A stretch of DNA of 64,000 nucleotides, taken from contig JBDKTL010000032.1 in NCBI GenBank assembly GCA_039698055.1, positions 1-64,000 on the forward strand, in the 5' to 3' direction. The notes beneath the pieces were generated by a model. That model made no database searches. It was not told the origin of the DNA and saw only the letters and a program-made list of their open reading frames with translations. This DNA is from Methanoregula sp. (GTDB lineage Archaea; Halobacteriota; Methanomicrobia; Methanomicrobiales; Methanospirillaceae). Below are positions 18,924 through 29,045 of this stretch, one piece after another; position 1 is the stretch's first letter; every line of letters begins with the position of its first letter. The position numbers and the translations under genes are program-made.

Positions 18924-20236
18924 CCAAGACCATCACTGATGTGATCTGTCCGTTCTGCGGAACACTCTGCGATGATCTCGAAGTGGTTGTATCTGATGAC
19001 GGAAAACAGCTTCTTGAGGTCTACAATGCCTGTGTGATCGGGACGGAGAAATTCCTGCACTCACAGTCAAAGGACCGGGTAACCCGCCCACAGCTCCAGC
19101 AGCCTGACGGAACCTACAAGGAGATCAGTTACGACGACGCAGTTGAGTATACCGCCCAGATGCTTGCAAAAGCGAAAAAACCATTGATGTACGGCTGGAG
19201 TTCCGTCAATTGCGAAGCACAGAGTGTCGGCAACGAGATTGCCGAGACTGCCCGTGCCTGCGTTGACAACACTGCAGCCGTCTGCCACGGCACCACACTG
19301 ATTGCCGTGCAGGATATCGGTCTTCCCTCGTGTACGCTTGGTGAGATCAAGAACCGTGCAGACCGTGTAATTTTCTGGGGATGCAACCCGGCACACGCTC
19401 ACCCCCGCCACATGTCACGGTATTCTATCTTCCCCCGCGGGTTCTTCACTGGTAAGGGACAGATGAGCCGCAAACTGATTGTCGTTGATCCACGGGTTAC
19501 TGACACCGCAAAGATGGCCGATGTTCACCTGCAGATCGAGCAGGGCAAGGATTACGAACTTCTTGATGCCCTCCGTATCGCATTCAAGGGAGAATGGCTC
19601 CCGGATGTTGTCGCAGGCATTCCAAAGGAAAAGATCCGTGAAGCCGCAGATATGATGAAAAGCGGCCGTTTCGGTATCATTTTCTTTGGTATGGGCGTTA
19701 CCCAGTCACTTGGGAAGAACCACAACATTGACGAGGCGATTGCTGTCACAAAAGACCTCAACGAGTACACAAAATTCTCCATCATGCCGATGCGGGGACA
19801 CTACAATGTTACCGGATCCGGAGAAGTGCTTGCGTGGCAGTTCGGGTTCCCGTATTCCGTGGACCTGACCCGTGGATTTGCACGTTACAATCCCGGTGAC
19901 ACAAGTTCCATTGACCTGCTCAACCGCGGAGAAGTGGATGCCGCATTCGTGATCGGAAGCGATCCGGGTGCACATTTCCCCATCAGCGCCGTGAGAGCAA
20001 TTTCAAAACTGCCATCAGTATGTGTTGACCCGCACCTCACCCCCACAAGCGGCGTATCAAAACTGCATGTACCGGTCGCATTCAACGGTGTGGAAACAGC
20101 CGGAAGCTGCTATCGTATGGACAATGTGCCAATCGATGCACGAAAGGTTGTGGAACCACCAGAAGGGATGCTTACCGATGAAGAATTCCTCGTGAAAGTC
20201 CGCGACCGATTAAAACAGCTCAAAGGGGTGGCATAA
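18920..20236 (+). CDS. fwdB: Formylmethanofuran dehydrogenase subunit B (Mo/W-bis-PGD, Cys ligand)
   Basis: CPFCGTLCDD, VCHG, HAHPRHMSRY and MRGHYNV. Confidence 0.95.
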   Translation: MTKTITDVICPFCGTLCDDLEVVVSDDGKQLLEVYNACVIGTEKFLHSQSKDRVTRPQLQQPDGTYKEISYDDAVEYTAQMLAKAKKPLMYGWSSVNCEAQSVGNEIAETARACVDNTAAVCHGTTLIAVQDIGLPSCTLGEIKNRADRVIFWGCNPAHAHPRHMSRYSIFPRGFFTGKGQMSRKLIVVDPRVTDTAKMADVHLQIEQGKDYELLDALRIAFKGEWLPDVVAGIPKEKIREAADMMKSGRFGIIFFGMGVTQSLGKNHNIDEAIAVTKDLNEYTKFSIMPMRGHYNVTGSGEVLAWQFGFPYSVDLTRGFARYNPGDTSSIDLLNRGEVDAAFVIGSDPGAHFPISAVRAISKLPSVCVDPHLTPTSGVSKLHVPVAFNGVETAGSCYRMDNVPIDARKVVEPPEGMLTDEEFLVKVRDRLKQLKGVA

Positions 20237-20238
20237 CC

Positions 20239-21951
20239 ATGTCAGAATATATCATCAAGAATGGACACGTATTTGACCCGGTTCAGGGCATCAAGGGTGA
20301 CAAGGCAGATGTCGCTATCAAGGACGGCAAGATTGTCGATAAGGTCGGATCTGGGGCAAAAGTCATAGATGCCAAAGGTAAGACTGTAATGGCAGGCGCC
20401 GTCGAGATCCACGCCCATATTGCAGGACCAAAAGTCAACCTTGGCAGAATCTACCGGCCTGAGGATAAACTCTTCACCTATACACCGACGAAAGGGAAAG
20501 AGAGAATGGGTGGCGGGAATTCAATTCCGACTACGTTCAAGACCGGATATCTCTATGCAAAGATGGGGTACACTACAGCGATGGAAGCAGCAATGCCCCC
20601 GCTCTTCTCCCGCCATGTGCACGAAGAAATCCGTGATACCCCCATCATCGATGAAGGCGCATTCCCGGTGTTTGGCAACAACTGGTTTGTCATGGAATAC
20701 CTGAAAAACCATGAGATTGAGAACACCGCTGCATACATCGCCTGGCTGCTCCGGGCAACAAAAGGGTATGCAATCAAAGTGGTCAACCCTGGCGGCACGG
20801 AAGCATGGGCATGGGGACTCAACTGTCTGTCGATCAACGATCCAGTCCCGTATTTCGACATAACGCCAGCAGAAATCGTCAAGGGCCTGATCGAAGCAAA
20901 CGAGTACCTCGGTCTTCCCCACTCGATGCACATCCACCCGAACAACCTCGGGAACCCCGGCAACTACACCACGACGCTTGACACACTCAAGCTTGCTTCC
21001 GGCTACAAGGCAAAGAACAAATTTGGCCGTGAACAGGTCATGCACCTCACCCACACGCAGTTCCACTCCTATGGCGGAGACAACTGGGGGAACTTTGAGT
21101 CAAAGGCTAAGGATGTTATCGATTACGTGAACAAGAACAAGAACATCACTATCGATACCGGGAACGTCACGCTTGACGAAACCACGACGATGACAGCCGA
21201 CGGTCCGTTCGAGCACCACCTGACCGAACTCAACCACCTGAAATGGGCGAACGTCGATGTAGAGCTTGAAACCGCAGCCGGTGTCGTGCCCTATATCTAC
21301 AGCCCAAACATCTCGGTCTGTGCAATCCAGTGGGCAATTGGTCTTGAACTCCCGCTTATGGCAAAAGATCCCATGCGCTGTTTCATCACCACCGATCACC
21401 CGAATGCCGGGCCATTTACCCGGTATCCCCGCGTCTTCAAGTGGCTGATGTCCACCAAGGCCCGTGAGGAGCAGGTCAATGCATTCAAGCACAAAGACAA
21501 AGTCCTTTCACAGACCAGCATAGGTGAGCTTGACCGTGAGATTACGCTCTACGAGCTTGCACAGATGACCCGTGCAGGTCCGGCAAAATCGCTCGGACTT
21601 TCGAGCATTTGCGGTGGCCTGAAGCCGGGCATGGATGCAGATATTGCCGTTTATGATTTCAATCCCGAAAAACCGGTCGCAAACCCCGACGATATCGAGA
21701 AGGCATTTACCAGCGCAGCATATGTCTTCAAGAGCGGTGTGGAAGTTGTCAATCACGGGGACATTGTCAGTAATGGTAACAAACGCACACTCTGGGTGAA
21801 TGCAAAGGTCAACGATAACCCACAGGTTATGCGTGACATTGCAGAAAAGTTCCTGAAGTACTACAGTATCAGCCAGGCGAACTACGAGTCGCTCGGGCAT
21901 GCCTTTGTGCCAAACCCCTTTGCCCTCGAGGTAGATGCAACTCAAGTGTAG
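20239..21951 (+). CDS. fwdA: Formylmethanofuran dehydrogenase subunit A
   Basis: Amidohydrolase motifs HAHIAG, KVVNPGG and TTDHPNAGPF. Confidence 0.96.
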   Translation: MSEYIIKNGHVFDPVQGIKGDKADVAIKDGKIVDKVGSGAKVIDAKGKTVMAGAVEIHAHIAGPKVNLGRIYRPEDKLFTYTPTKGKERMGGGNSIPTTFKTGYLYAKMGYTTAMEAAMPPLFSRHVHEEIRDTPIIDEGAFPVFGNNWFVMEYLKNHEIENTAAYIAWLLRATKGYAIKVVNPGGTEAWAWGLNCLSINDPVPYFDITPAEIVKGLIEANEYLGLPHSMHIHPNNLGNPGNYTTTLDTLKLASGYKAKNKFGREQVMHLTHTQFHSYGGDNWGNFESKAKDVIDYVNKNKNITIDTGNVTLDETTTMTADGPFEHHLTELNHLKWANVDVELETAAGVVPYIYSPNISVCAIQWAIGLELPLMAKDPMRCFITTDHPNAGPFTRYPRVFKWLMSTKAREEQVNAFKHKDKVLSQTSIGELDREITLYELAQMTRAGPAKSLGLSSICGGLKPGMDADIAVYDFNPEKPVANPDDIEKAFTSAAYVFKSGVEVVNHGDIVSNGNKRTLWVNAKVNDNPQVMRDIAEKFLKYYSISQANYESLGHAFVPNPFALEVDATQV

Positions 21952-21960
21952 GTGTGAAAC

Positions 21961-22761
21961 ATGGAAACTGTAACTATTACCATGAAGAATGTGCCTGCAC
22001 TGTATCTCGAAGCAGACAATGTATCACCAGATACATTTGCAGGAAAAACAGCAGCACAGATTGCCGAACTGCATGTTCATGAGGGGAATACAACATCCCC
22101 CATGAGTGCCTATTTCGATGTCAGCGGGAACGCCGGTGCAACAGCTGAAGAGACCAGAATCGTTGTCAAAGGCGATGTGAAAAAGGTCAAGTACCTCGGC
22201 ATGAAAATGAGCGCCGGAGAGCTAGTTGTCGAAGGCAGTACTGACTTGTATGCCGGTGCCTGGATGACCGGTGGCAAGATGCTCGTGAAGGGCAATGTCG
22301 AGGCCTTTGCTGCGACGGGGATGAAAGGCGGCGAACTGGTCATTGAAGGCAATGCAGGCAACTATCTTGGCGCTGCATACCGCGGTGACTGGAGAGGAAT
22401 GTCCGGCGGCAGGATCCTTGTCAAAGGTAATGCCGGCAGCGATCTTGGCATGTATATGCTGGGCGGAGAGATAATTGTCAATGGCAATGTTGACGTCCAT
22501 GTTATGACTCATGCAGAAGGCGGACGCACTACCATCAAAGGAAATGCAAATACAAAAGTCGGCGGACAGATGGTCGATGGGACGATCTACGTCTTTGGAT
22601 CAATCGATGTCATGATGCCGGGCTACAAGTATGTTGACGATGTGGAACAGGATGTTGACGGCGTCAAGGTAAAGTTTGCCCACTATATTGGCGATATGGG
22701 CGAACGGCACAAGAAGAAGAAGGGACAGGTTATCTACGGAAACCTGTACAAAAAGATTTGA
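21961..22761 (+). CDS. fwdC: Formylmethanofuran dehydrogenase subunit C
   Basis: GXGXG beta-helix repeats; YRGDWRGMSGG. Confidence 0.95.
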   Translation: METVTITMKNVPALYLEADNVSPDTFAGKTAAQIAELHVHEGNTTSPMSAYFDVSGNAGATAEETRIVVKGDVKKVKYLGMKMSAGELVVEGSTDLYAGAWMTGGKMLVKGNVEAFAATGMKGGELVIEGNAGNYLGAAYRGDWRGMSGGRILVKGNAGSDLGMYMLGGEIIVNGNVDVHVMTHAEGGRTTIKGNANTKVGGQMVDGTIYVFGSIDVMMPGYKYVDDVEQDVDGVKVKFAHYIGDMGERHKKKKGQVIYGNLYKKI

Positions 22762-22989
22762 TTTCGCACAACTAATGCACTGCAATAATATCTCATAACA
22801 GGGTAATAAAAAACAGGAAAAACCCTGGTATGACCCCATAATTTTTATAGAGTGCGCGGTTATTCGTAATATTTTCTTTAAAAATCATAATTATAAGTCA
22901 TACGTTTTCAAAAATTTTTAATATGGCGTAAAACATTGAAACGGTAGATATATGTAATATTTGAATATTGCTTCCGTTTTAATTATTAT

Positions 22990-23180
22990 TTTTAATTTAG
23001 TATATAATTAGTTCCCGATATAAAATCGGAATGCTTATATCGCGATATTGGGAATTATTCAATGTCCCAATCTAGGGGACGTGCAATAGTGACTTTCATT
23101 CATTATCAGTGTTCTTGTTAGTACATACCAGCGTTCAGCACTCGTACGGTAAAATGGTTATTTGAATTTGGAGGAAATTA
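22990..23180 (+). promoter_or_regulatory. mcr operon promoter/leader with inverted repeat
   Basis: AT-rich; TATA-like CTTATAT at 23034-23040; ATTGGGA-N11-TCCCAAT at 23047-23071; GGAGG RBS before ATG 23182. Confidence 0.55.
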
Positions 23181-23181
23181 C

Positions 23182-24495
23182 ATGGCTAAATATAAAGACA
23201 CGATCGACCTCTACGACGATGAGGGCAAGCTCTTAAAGAGTAATGTCACGATTGATAAAATCAGCCCGCTCGTCAACAAGGGTGCACTGAATGTCATTGA
23301 CCTCACCAAGAGGACCGTGGCAGTCAACCTCGGAGGTATCGAGGAAGCATTAAAGACCGGAAAAATGGGTGGCAAGTCAAACCAGATCCTTGGCCGCAGC
23401 ATGAGCTGCAGCTGTGTAAAGGATTGTGACGCACTGTCAGCCAAGATCAAGGAAATGGTGCAGATCTCTGAGGGTGACGACACCAAGATCACCAAGGTCG
23501 CCGGCGGCAAGATGCTTCTTGTTGAGGTTCCCAGTTCACGTATTGCGGCAGCGGCAACCTACGATGTAACATCCACATCCGTTGCAGCAGCAACCACCTA
23601 CGCACTGATTGACCAGTACAAGGTTGGTATGTTCGATGGTTCTTACGTAAAGGGCGCAGTTTGGGGTACCTACCCACAAACAATGGATATGCAGGGTGGA
23701 AACGTTGTTTCGATTCTGTCCATCCCGCAGAACAACGAAGGTCTCGGTTACGCACTCCGTAATGTTCCGGCAAACCACGCGGTCATGATGACCCACCGTA
23801 ATGCAATGCAGGGTGCAGCCCTCTCCGCTACCTTTGAACAGGCAGGAGAGTTCGAGATGGGAGCCGCAATCGGCCCATTCGAGCGGGCACAGCTCCTTCT
23901 TTACGCATACCAAGGCTTAAACGCGAACAATATCGTCTACGACCTCGTCAAGAAGAACGGCAAGACCGGCACTGTCGGTACAGTTGTGCAGAGCCTTGTT
24001 GAGCGTGCCATTGAAGACAAAGTCATCAAGGCAGGCAAGAAAGGCAAGAGCGGCTATGTCTTCTACGATACCAAGGACCCCATGATGTGGAATGCATATG
24101 CATCCGCAGGTACCCTTGCAGCAACCATGGTAAACTGTGGTGCTGGACGTTTCGCACAGGCAGTATCTGCAACCCTGCTCTACTTCAACGATCTGCTCGA
24201 GCACGAAACCGGCCTCCCAGGCTCTGACTTCGGTCGTACCATGGGTGTCGCAGTCGGGTTCTCGTTCTTCAGCCACTCGATCTACGGTGGTGGCGGCCCA
24301 GGTGGATTCAACGGTAACCACGTCGTGACCCGGCACGCAGCCGGTGTTGGGATGCCGTGTATCGTTGCCGCTTGTGCACTTGATGCTGGTACCCAGATGT
24401 TCGGACCTGAGGCAACCTCAAAGGTCTACCAGGACACCTTCGGACAGCTCGATGCATTCAAGAAGCCGATCCAGGCAATTGCAAAGGGTGTATAA
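23182..24495 (+). CDS. mcrB: Methyl-coenzyme M reductase beta subunit
   Basis: DTIDLYDD, WGTYPQT and FFSHSIYGGGGPG. Confidence 0.98.
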   Translation: MAKYKDTIDLYDDEGKLLKSNVTIDKISPLVNKGALNVIDLTKRTVAVNLGGIEEALKTGKMGGKSNQILGRSMSCSCVKDCDALSAKIKEMVQISEGDDTKITKVAGGKMLLVEVPSSRIAAAATYDVTSTSVAAATTYALIDQYKVGMFDGSYVKGAVWGTYPQTMDMQGGNVVSILSIPQNNEGLGYALRNVPANHAVMMTHRNAMQGAALSATFEQAGEFEMGAAIGPFERAQLLLYAYQGLNANNIVYDLVKKNGKTGTVGTVVQSLVERAIEDKVIKAGKKGKSGYVFYDTKDPMMWNAYASAGTLAATMVNCGAGRFAQAVSATLLYFNDLLEHETGLPGSDFGRTMGVAVGFSFFSHSIYGGGGPGGFNGNHVVTRHAAGVGMPCIVAACALDAGTQMFGPEATSKVYQDTFGQLDAFKKPIQAIAKGV

Positions 24496-24512
24496 ACCCA
24501 GCGGAATTACGA

Positions 24513-24983
24513 ATGACCGAAGCCACGTTCCCCCAGTGCAGGATTTCCGCCGAGCGGTTGCTTAATCCCGAAACGACAGAACACCTGCTGAACAAGCTGA
24601 TCGAAGTCCCCGGCATCCGGCGCATGCTCCTGAACGGACGGCGCCTGCCGGCGATCGTTCCCTTCGGACCGGCAAAAGGACAGCCGAATCCTCATCCTAT
24701 GAGGAAAAAGATCCATGTCGGTGACCAGGAGATCGAACTGCAGGTTCATGTAGGTAACGTTCTGCTCGAGCTTGAAAACCGTGAGAATATCCCCGCACTG
24801 AAAGCCGCGTGCGAATCGGTCTTTACGGACTTTACTTTCCGTCTTCAGGAAGGACGGTTCATGAAGACCGAGCCTTCACTTGCTGATTATTGCAAGTATG
24901 GCCCAAACGCGGACAAGGATATCATAGGAATGGACGATCCAAAAAGCCATTCCAAGCCCGTAATCATTCAGGGAATCAAATAA
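24513..24983 (+). CDS. mcrD: MCR protein D
   Basis: RLLNPETTE, PFGPAKG and DYCKYGP; position in operon. Confidence 0.95.
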   Translation: MTEATFPQCRISAERLLNPETTEHLLNKLIEVPGIRRMLLNGRRLPAIVPFGPAKGQPNPHPMRKKIHVGDQEIELQVHVGNVLLELENRENIPALKAACESVFTDFTFRLQEGRFMKTEPSLADYCKYGPNADKDIIGMDDPKSHSKPVIIQGIK

Positions 24984-24985
24984 CT

Positions 24986-25621
24986 ATGCCGATAGGTCGA
25001 GTAACCCAAGTTGTTGACTGCCGCGAGGCGATGGGTATGGGTAAAGGAGGCGGGATTGCCCAGAGGGGCACCATCTCCGAATGCCGGTATCCTGATGTTA
25101 TCGTTGTAGGCATGTCCCCCGGACGTCGCCACGTTACAAAACCGGTGTGCGATATTACCTCAGGACTGAGACAACAGGGCGTCGAATACAGCATCAGCAC
25201 ACTCGTGCTGAATGCCGGAAGCGGCGTGCCGCCGGATGCACCGAAGATCGCCGGCGGCGTTATCGGTGCATATTTTGGGCTTACCGATAAGGAAATCGTG
25301 CAGATTGAGAAACACAAGGTGGCGATCCTTCACCACGGGAACGTACGTTCCCATGTGGTGCACAAGGTCAGGTTTATCCTCGAAGCTTGTGATGTAAAAG
25401 CAGTTGTCGTTTCCCAGTCCCCAATTGATTATGAGGATCTTGCAAAAGAGGGGGTGAAGACTTCAGTGGTAATGCCTCCAGCAGACAAGATCCGTACAAA
25501 AGGTACGGTAATGGCTATTGTGAGTGGTGTTACCCGGGGTCAGACCCCGACACGCGAGAAGATGGCGGAAGTCATTTCGTCAGTAATGAAGATTATGAAG
25601 AAAAAGGAAAAATTGGAGTGA
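24986..25621 (+). CDS. mcrC: MCR protein C
   Basis: MPIGRVTQVVDCRE...GGGIAQRGT and HVTKPVCDIT. Confidence 0.96.
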   Translation: MPIGRVTQVVDCREAMGMGKGGGIAQRGTISECRYPDVIVVGMSPGRRHVTKPVCDITSGLRQQGVEYSISTLVLNAGSGVPPDAPKIAGGVIGAYFGLTDKEIVQIEKHKVAILHHGNVRSHVVHKVRFILEACDVKAVVVSQSPIDYEDLAKEGVKTSVVMPPADKIRTKGTVMAIVSGVTRGQTPTREKMAEVISSVMKIMKKKEKLE

Positions 25622-25628
25622 TAAAACA

Positions 25629-26393
25629 ATGGCATACAAACCCCAATATTGTCCAGGCCAGACCACTGTAGCCGAAAACAGGCGCAAGCAGCTGGACCCA
25701 GCCCACAAGCTGGAAAAGCTTCGTGATGTCACGGATAAGGACATTGTCCTCGTCATGGGACACCGTGCACCAGGTTCAGCATACCCCTCGGCACACCCGC
25801 CGCTCTCTGAGCAGCAGGAGCCTGCCTGCCCAATCCGCAAGCTCGTAACCCCGACCGATGGCGCAAAGGCCGGCGACCGCGTTCGCTACATCCAGTTTAC
25901 CGACTCGATGTACAATGCACCCTGTCAGCCCTACCAGAGAAGCTGGCTCGAGATGTACAGATACCGCGGTATTGACCCCGGTACCCTGTCCGGACGTCAG
26001 ATCATCGAGTGCCGTGAGAGAGACCTTGAAAAATATTCAAAGGAACTCGTAGGTACTGAGCTCTTTGATGCAGCACTCACCGGTATCCGTGGCTGCACTG
26101 TGCACGGGCACTCCCTCCGTCTCGATGAGAACGGCATGATGTTCGACATGCTCCAGCGCTTTGTCCTCGACAAGAAGTCAGGCGTTGTCAAGTATGTCAA
26201 GGATCAGGTCGGTGTACCCCTTGATGCAGAAGTCAAAGTCGGCAAACCCATGGATGCAAAGTGGCTCAAGGCACACACGACCATGTACCACTCACTTGTG
26301 GGAACGGGCTTCCGCGACGACCCCGAATACGTTGAATACATCCAGCGCATCCACTCGCTGAGGACAAAATACGGCTTCATGCCAAAGGAGTGA
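25629..26393 (+). CDS. mcrG: Methyl-coenzyme M reductase gamma subunit
   Basis: [15 protein letters not shown] and [12 protein letters not shown]. Confidence 0.98.
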   Translation: MAYKPQYCPGQTTVAENRRKQLDPAHKLEKLRDVTDKDIVLVMGHRAPGSAYPSAHPPLSEQQEPACPIRKLVTPTDGAKAGDRVRYIQFTDSMYNAPCQPYQRSWLEMYRYRGIDPGTLSGRQIIECRERDLEKYSKELVGTELFDAALTGIRGCTVHGHSLRLDENGMMFDMLQRFVLDKKSGVVKYVKDQVGVPLDAEVKVGKPMDAKWLKAHTTMYHSLVGTGFRDDPEYVEYIQRIHSLRTKYGFMPKE

Positions 26394-26398
26394 TTAAG

Positions 26399-28105
26399 AT
26401 GGCTAAAGCAAAAATCGAAAGAACCCAGAAACTCTTCCTGAAGGCAATGAAGGAGAAGTTTGCAGAGGACCCCCAGGCAAGCCACACCGTATTTGCCCGT
26501 GAAGGTCTCGAGCAGTCCCCAAGAAAGATGGAGTTTTTAAAAGAAGGCCAGAAAGCCGCCATGGACCGTGGCATCTCCATGTACGACCCGAAGCGTTGCC
26601 ACTGTGGTGGTATCCCGCTCGGTCAGCGTCAGCTGATGACCTACGAAGTCAGCGGCACTGGTGTCTTTGTTGAAGGCGATGACCTTCACTTCGTCAACAA
26701 TGCGGCGATGCAGCAGATGTGGGACGACATCCGCAGGACCATCATCGTAGGTCTTGACCTCGCCCACGGCACCCTCCAGAAGCGTCTTGGAAAAGAAGTT
26801 ACTCCTGAAACCATCAACGAGTACCTCCACGTGCTGAACCACGCAATGCCCGGTGCAGCCGTCGTTCAGGAACACATGGTTGAGACCCACCCGGCACTCA
26901 CCGAAGACTGCTACGTCAAGGTCTTCACTGGTGACGACGAGATGGCAGACGACCTCGAGCCCCAGTTCGTGCTCAACGTCGACAAGCTCTTCCCGGCAAA
27001 ACAGGCAGCCGCCCTCAAGGCAGCGGTCGGCAAGTCGATGTGGCAGGCAGTTCACATCCCCACGACCGTCAGCAGGACCTGCGATGGTGGAACAACCTCC
27101 CGCTGGTCTGCAATGCAGATTGGTATGTCCTTTATCGGAGCGTACAAGATGTGCGCCGGTGAAGCAGCAGTCGCTGACCTTGCATTCGCTGCAAAGCACG
27201 CCGGTGTTATCCAGATGGCAGACATCCTGCCCGCCCGCCGTGCACGTGGCCCGAACGAGCCAGGTGGCATCAAGTTCGGTCACTTCGCAGATATGGTCCA
27301 GGCAGACCGAAAGTACCCCAACGACCCCGCAAAGGCAGCCCTAGAGGTTGTCGGTGCAGGAACCATGCTGTTCGACCAGATCTGGCTTGGATCCTACATG
27401 TCCGGTGGTGTCGGTTTCACCCAGTATGCAACCGCAGCATACACCGACAACATCCTTGATGACTTCACCTACTACGGTATGGACTACATCAAGGACAAAT
27501 ACAAGGTCAACTGGAAGAGCCCGTCCGACAAGGACAAGATCAAGCCAACCCAGGAGATCGTCAACGAAATTGCCACTGAAGTTACCCTCTACGGTATGGA
27601 ACAGTACGAACAGTTCCCGACCATGATGGAAGACCACTTCGGAGGCTCCCAGCGTGCAGGTGTCCTTGCAGCAGCATCAGGTCTTTCCTGCGCAATCGGT
27701 ACCGCCAACTCCAACGCTGGTCTGAACGGCTGGTACATGTCCATGCTTGCCCACAAGGAAGGCTGGTCACGTCTCGGCTTCTTCGGCTACGACCTTCAGG
27801 ACCAGTGCGGTTCCGCAAACTCACTATCCATCCGGCCCGACGAGGGTTGTGTTGGTGAGCTCCGTGGACCAAACTACCCGAACTACGCAATGAACGTCGG
27901 TCACCAGGGAGAATACGCCGCAATCGTCGGCAGTGCTCACTATGGCCGCGGCGATGCATGGTCCCTGTCCCCGTTAATGAAGATCACGTTCGCAGACCCG
28001 TCGCTCAAGTTCGACTTTGCCGAGCCACGCCGCGAGTTCGCGAAGGGTGCAATCCGCGAGTTCATGCCCGCTGGAGAGCGCTCACTGATCATACCGGCAA
28101 GGTAA
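26399..28105 (+). CDS. mcrA: Methyl-coenzyme M reductase alpha subunit
   Basis: [29 protein letters not shown] and NYAMNVGHQ. Confidence 0.98.
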   Translation: MAKAKIERTQKLFLKAMKEKFAEDPQASHTVFAREGLEQSPRKMEFLKEGQKAAMDRGISMYDPKRCHCGGIPLGQRQLMTYEVSGTGVFVEGDDLHFVNNAAMQQMWDDIRRTIIVGLDLAHGTLQKRLGKEVTPETINEYLHVLNHAMPGAAVVQEHMVETHPALTEDCYVKVFTGDDEMADDLEPQFVLNVDKLFPAKQAAALKAAVGKSMWQAVHIPTTVSRTCDGGTTSRWSAMQIGMSFIGAYKMCAGEAAVADLAFAAKHAGVIQMADILPARRARGPNEPGGIKFGHFADMVQADRKYPNDPAKAALEVVGAGTMLFDQIWLGSYMSGGVGFTQYATAAYTDNILDDFTYYGMDYIKDKYKVNWKSPSDKDKIKPTQEIVNEIATEVTLYGMEQYEQFPTMMEDHFGGSQRAGVLAAASGLSCAIGTANSNAGLNGWYMSMLAHKEGWSRLGFFGYDLQDQCGSANSLSIRPDEGCVGELRGPNYPNYAMNVGHQGEYAAIVGSAHYGRGDAWSLSPLMKITFADPSLKFDFAEPRREFAKGAIREFMPAGERSLIIPAR

Positions 28106-28117
28106 GATCAGATCAAC

Positions 28118-28128
28118 TATTTTTTTTA
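28118..28128 (+). terminator. Oligo-T archaeal terminator after mcrA
   Basis: T-run about 15 nt after the mcrA stop. Confidence 0.55.
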
Positions 28129-28387
28129 TAATTCCCCGTAGTCAGGTATTAATTCATACAGATTACTCATTCGGACGAACGAGTGTTGATATACTGACCG
28201 TTCTTGGCAGCCGTTTACCATAGTTCGGGTTGAAATTGTTCGGTCAGGGAAAAATCGGTGCCATTTTTTACTATTCCGGTACATTATCAGGTGCATGGTT
28301 TACCTGCGGCAGTACATCACCCTGCATGATAGCTACCACTGCACGTGTTCTGCAATTAATCCGTACTTGATGTGAGGACCACTACCT

Positions 28388-28933
28388 ATGAAATTATCCG
28401 ACGAACATACAAAATGCTGGCGTAATAAGGAGATCATATATCACCCCATAGGTGTTATCCACTCCGAACACCATGAACAGGAAAATACTCCGATCCAGGG
28501 AGTTTTTAACCCGTCCGTAGGATATGTGGAAGTCTTTCCCGAATATGCTGAAGGGTTGCGTGACATTGAATCGTTCACGTACCTTTACCTGCTGTATTAT
28601 TTTGATCGGGCAACTGATGCCGGTCTCCTTCAGAAACCCTTTCTTGATGGCAAAAAGGAGAGGGGGATCTTTGCAATACGGCATTTCAACCGCCCCAACC
28701 CGTTAGGGCTCTCAATTGTCAGGCTCAAAAAGGTGGTCGGGAACATTCTGGAAGTGGAAGGTGTCGATGTGCTGGATGGGACACCCCTGATCGATATCAA
28801 ACCCTATGTCCGTCAGTTTGACCACCGGGATGAGGTGAAAAGCGGCTGGGTTGATGACCAGCATCTGGATGACATCAAGGACTGGAACAGCACGCCAAAG
28901 GAACTCAGGAACCGTGGGAGAACAAATAGTTGA
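28388..28933 (+). CDS. tsaA: TsaA/TrmO-family SAM-binding protein, paralog 1
   Basis: PIGVIHS, GIFAIRHFNRPNPLGLS and LDGTPLIDIKPY. Confidence 0.85.
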   Translation: MKLSDEHTKCWRNKEIIYHPIGVIHSEHHEQENTPIQGVFNPSVGYVEVFPEYAEGLRDIESFTYLYLLYYFDRATDAGLLQKPFLDGKKERGIFAIRHFNRPNPLGLSIVRLKKVVGNILEVEGVDVLDGTPLIDIKPYVRQFDHRDEVKSGWVDDQHLDDIKDWNSTPKELRNRGRTNS

Positions 28934-29045
28934 TTTTTTTGTAATGGCCACGAAGATATCTGAAAACCTGATCTGCGAATGGGACTGCAGGGAAATTACC
29001 GGTATTTTCTATAGGATGAATGCCACACAATGGTAGTAACGGACT

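Noticed and set aside
15822-20236. Selenocysteine recoding in hdrA, mvhD or fwdB
   Set aside because: All frames are open, with Cys at the positions that are Sec in Methanococcales; no in-frame TGA
26399-28105. Divergent alkyl-CoM reductase
   Set aside because: Active-site motifs ([30 protein letters not shown]) are canonical for methane-forming MCR
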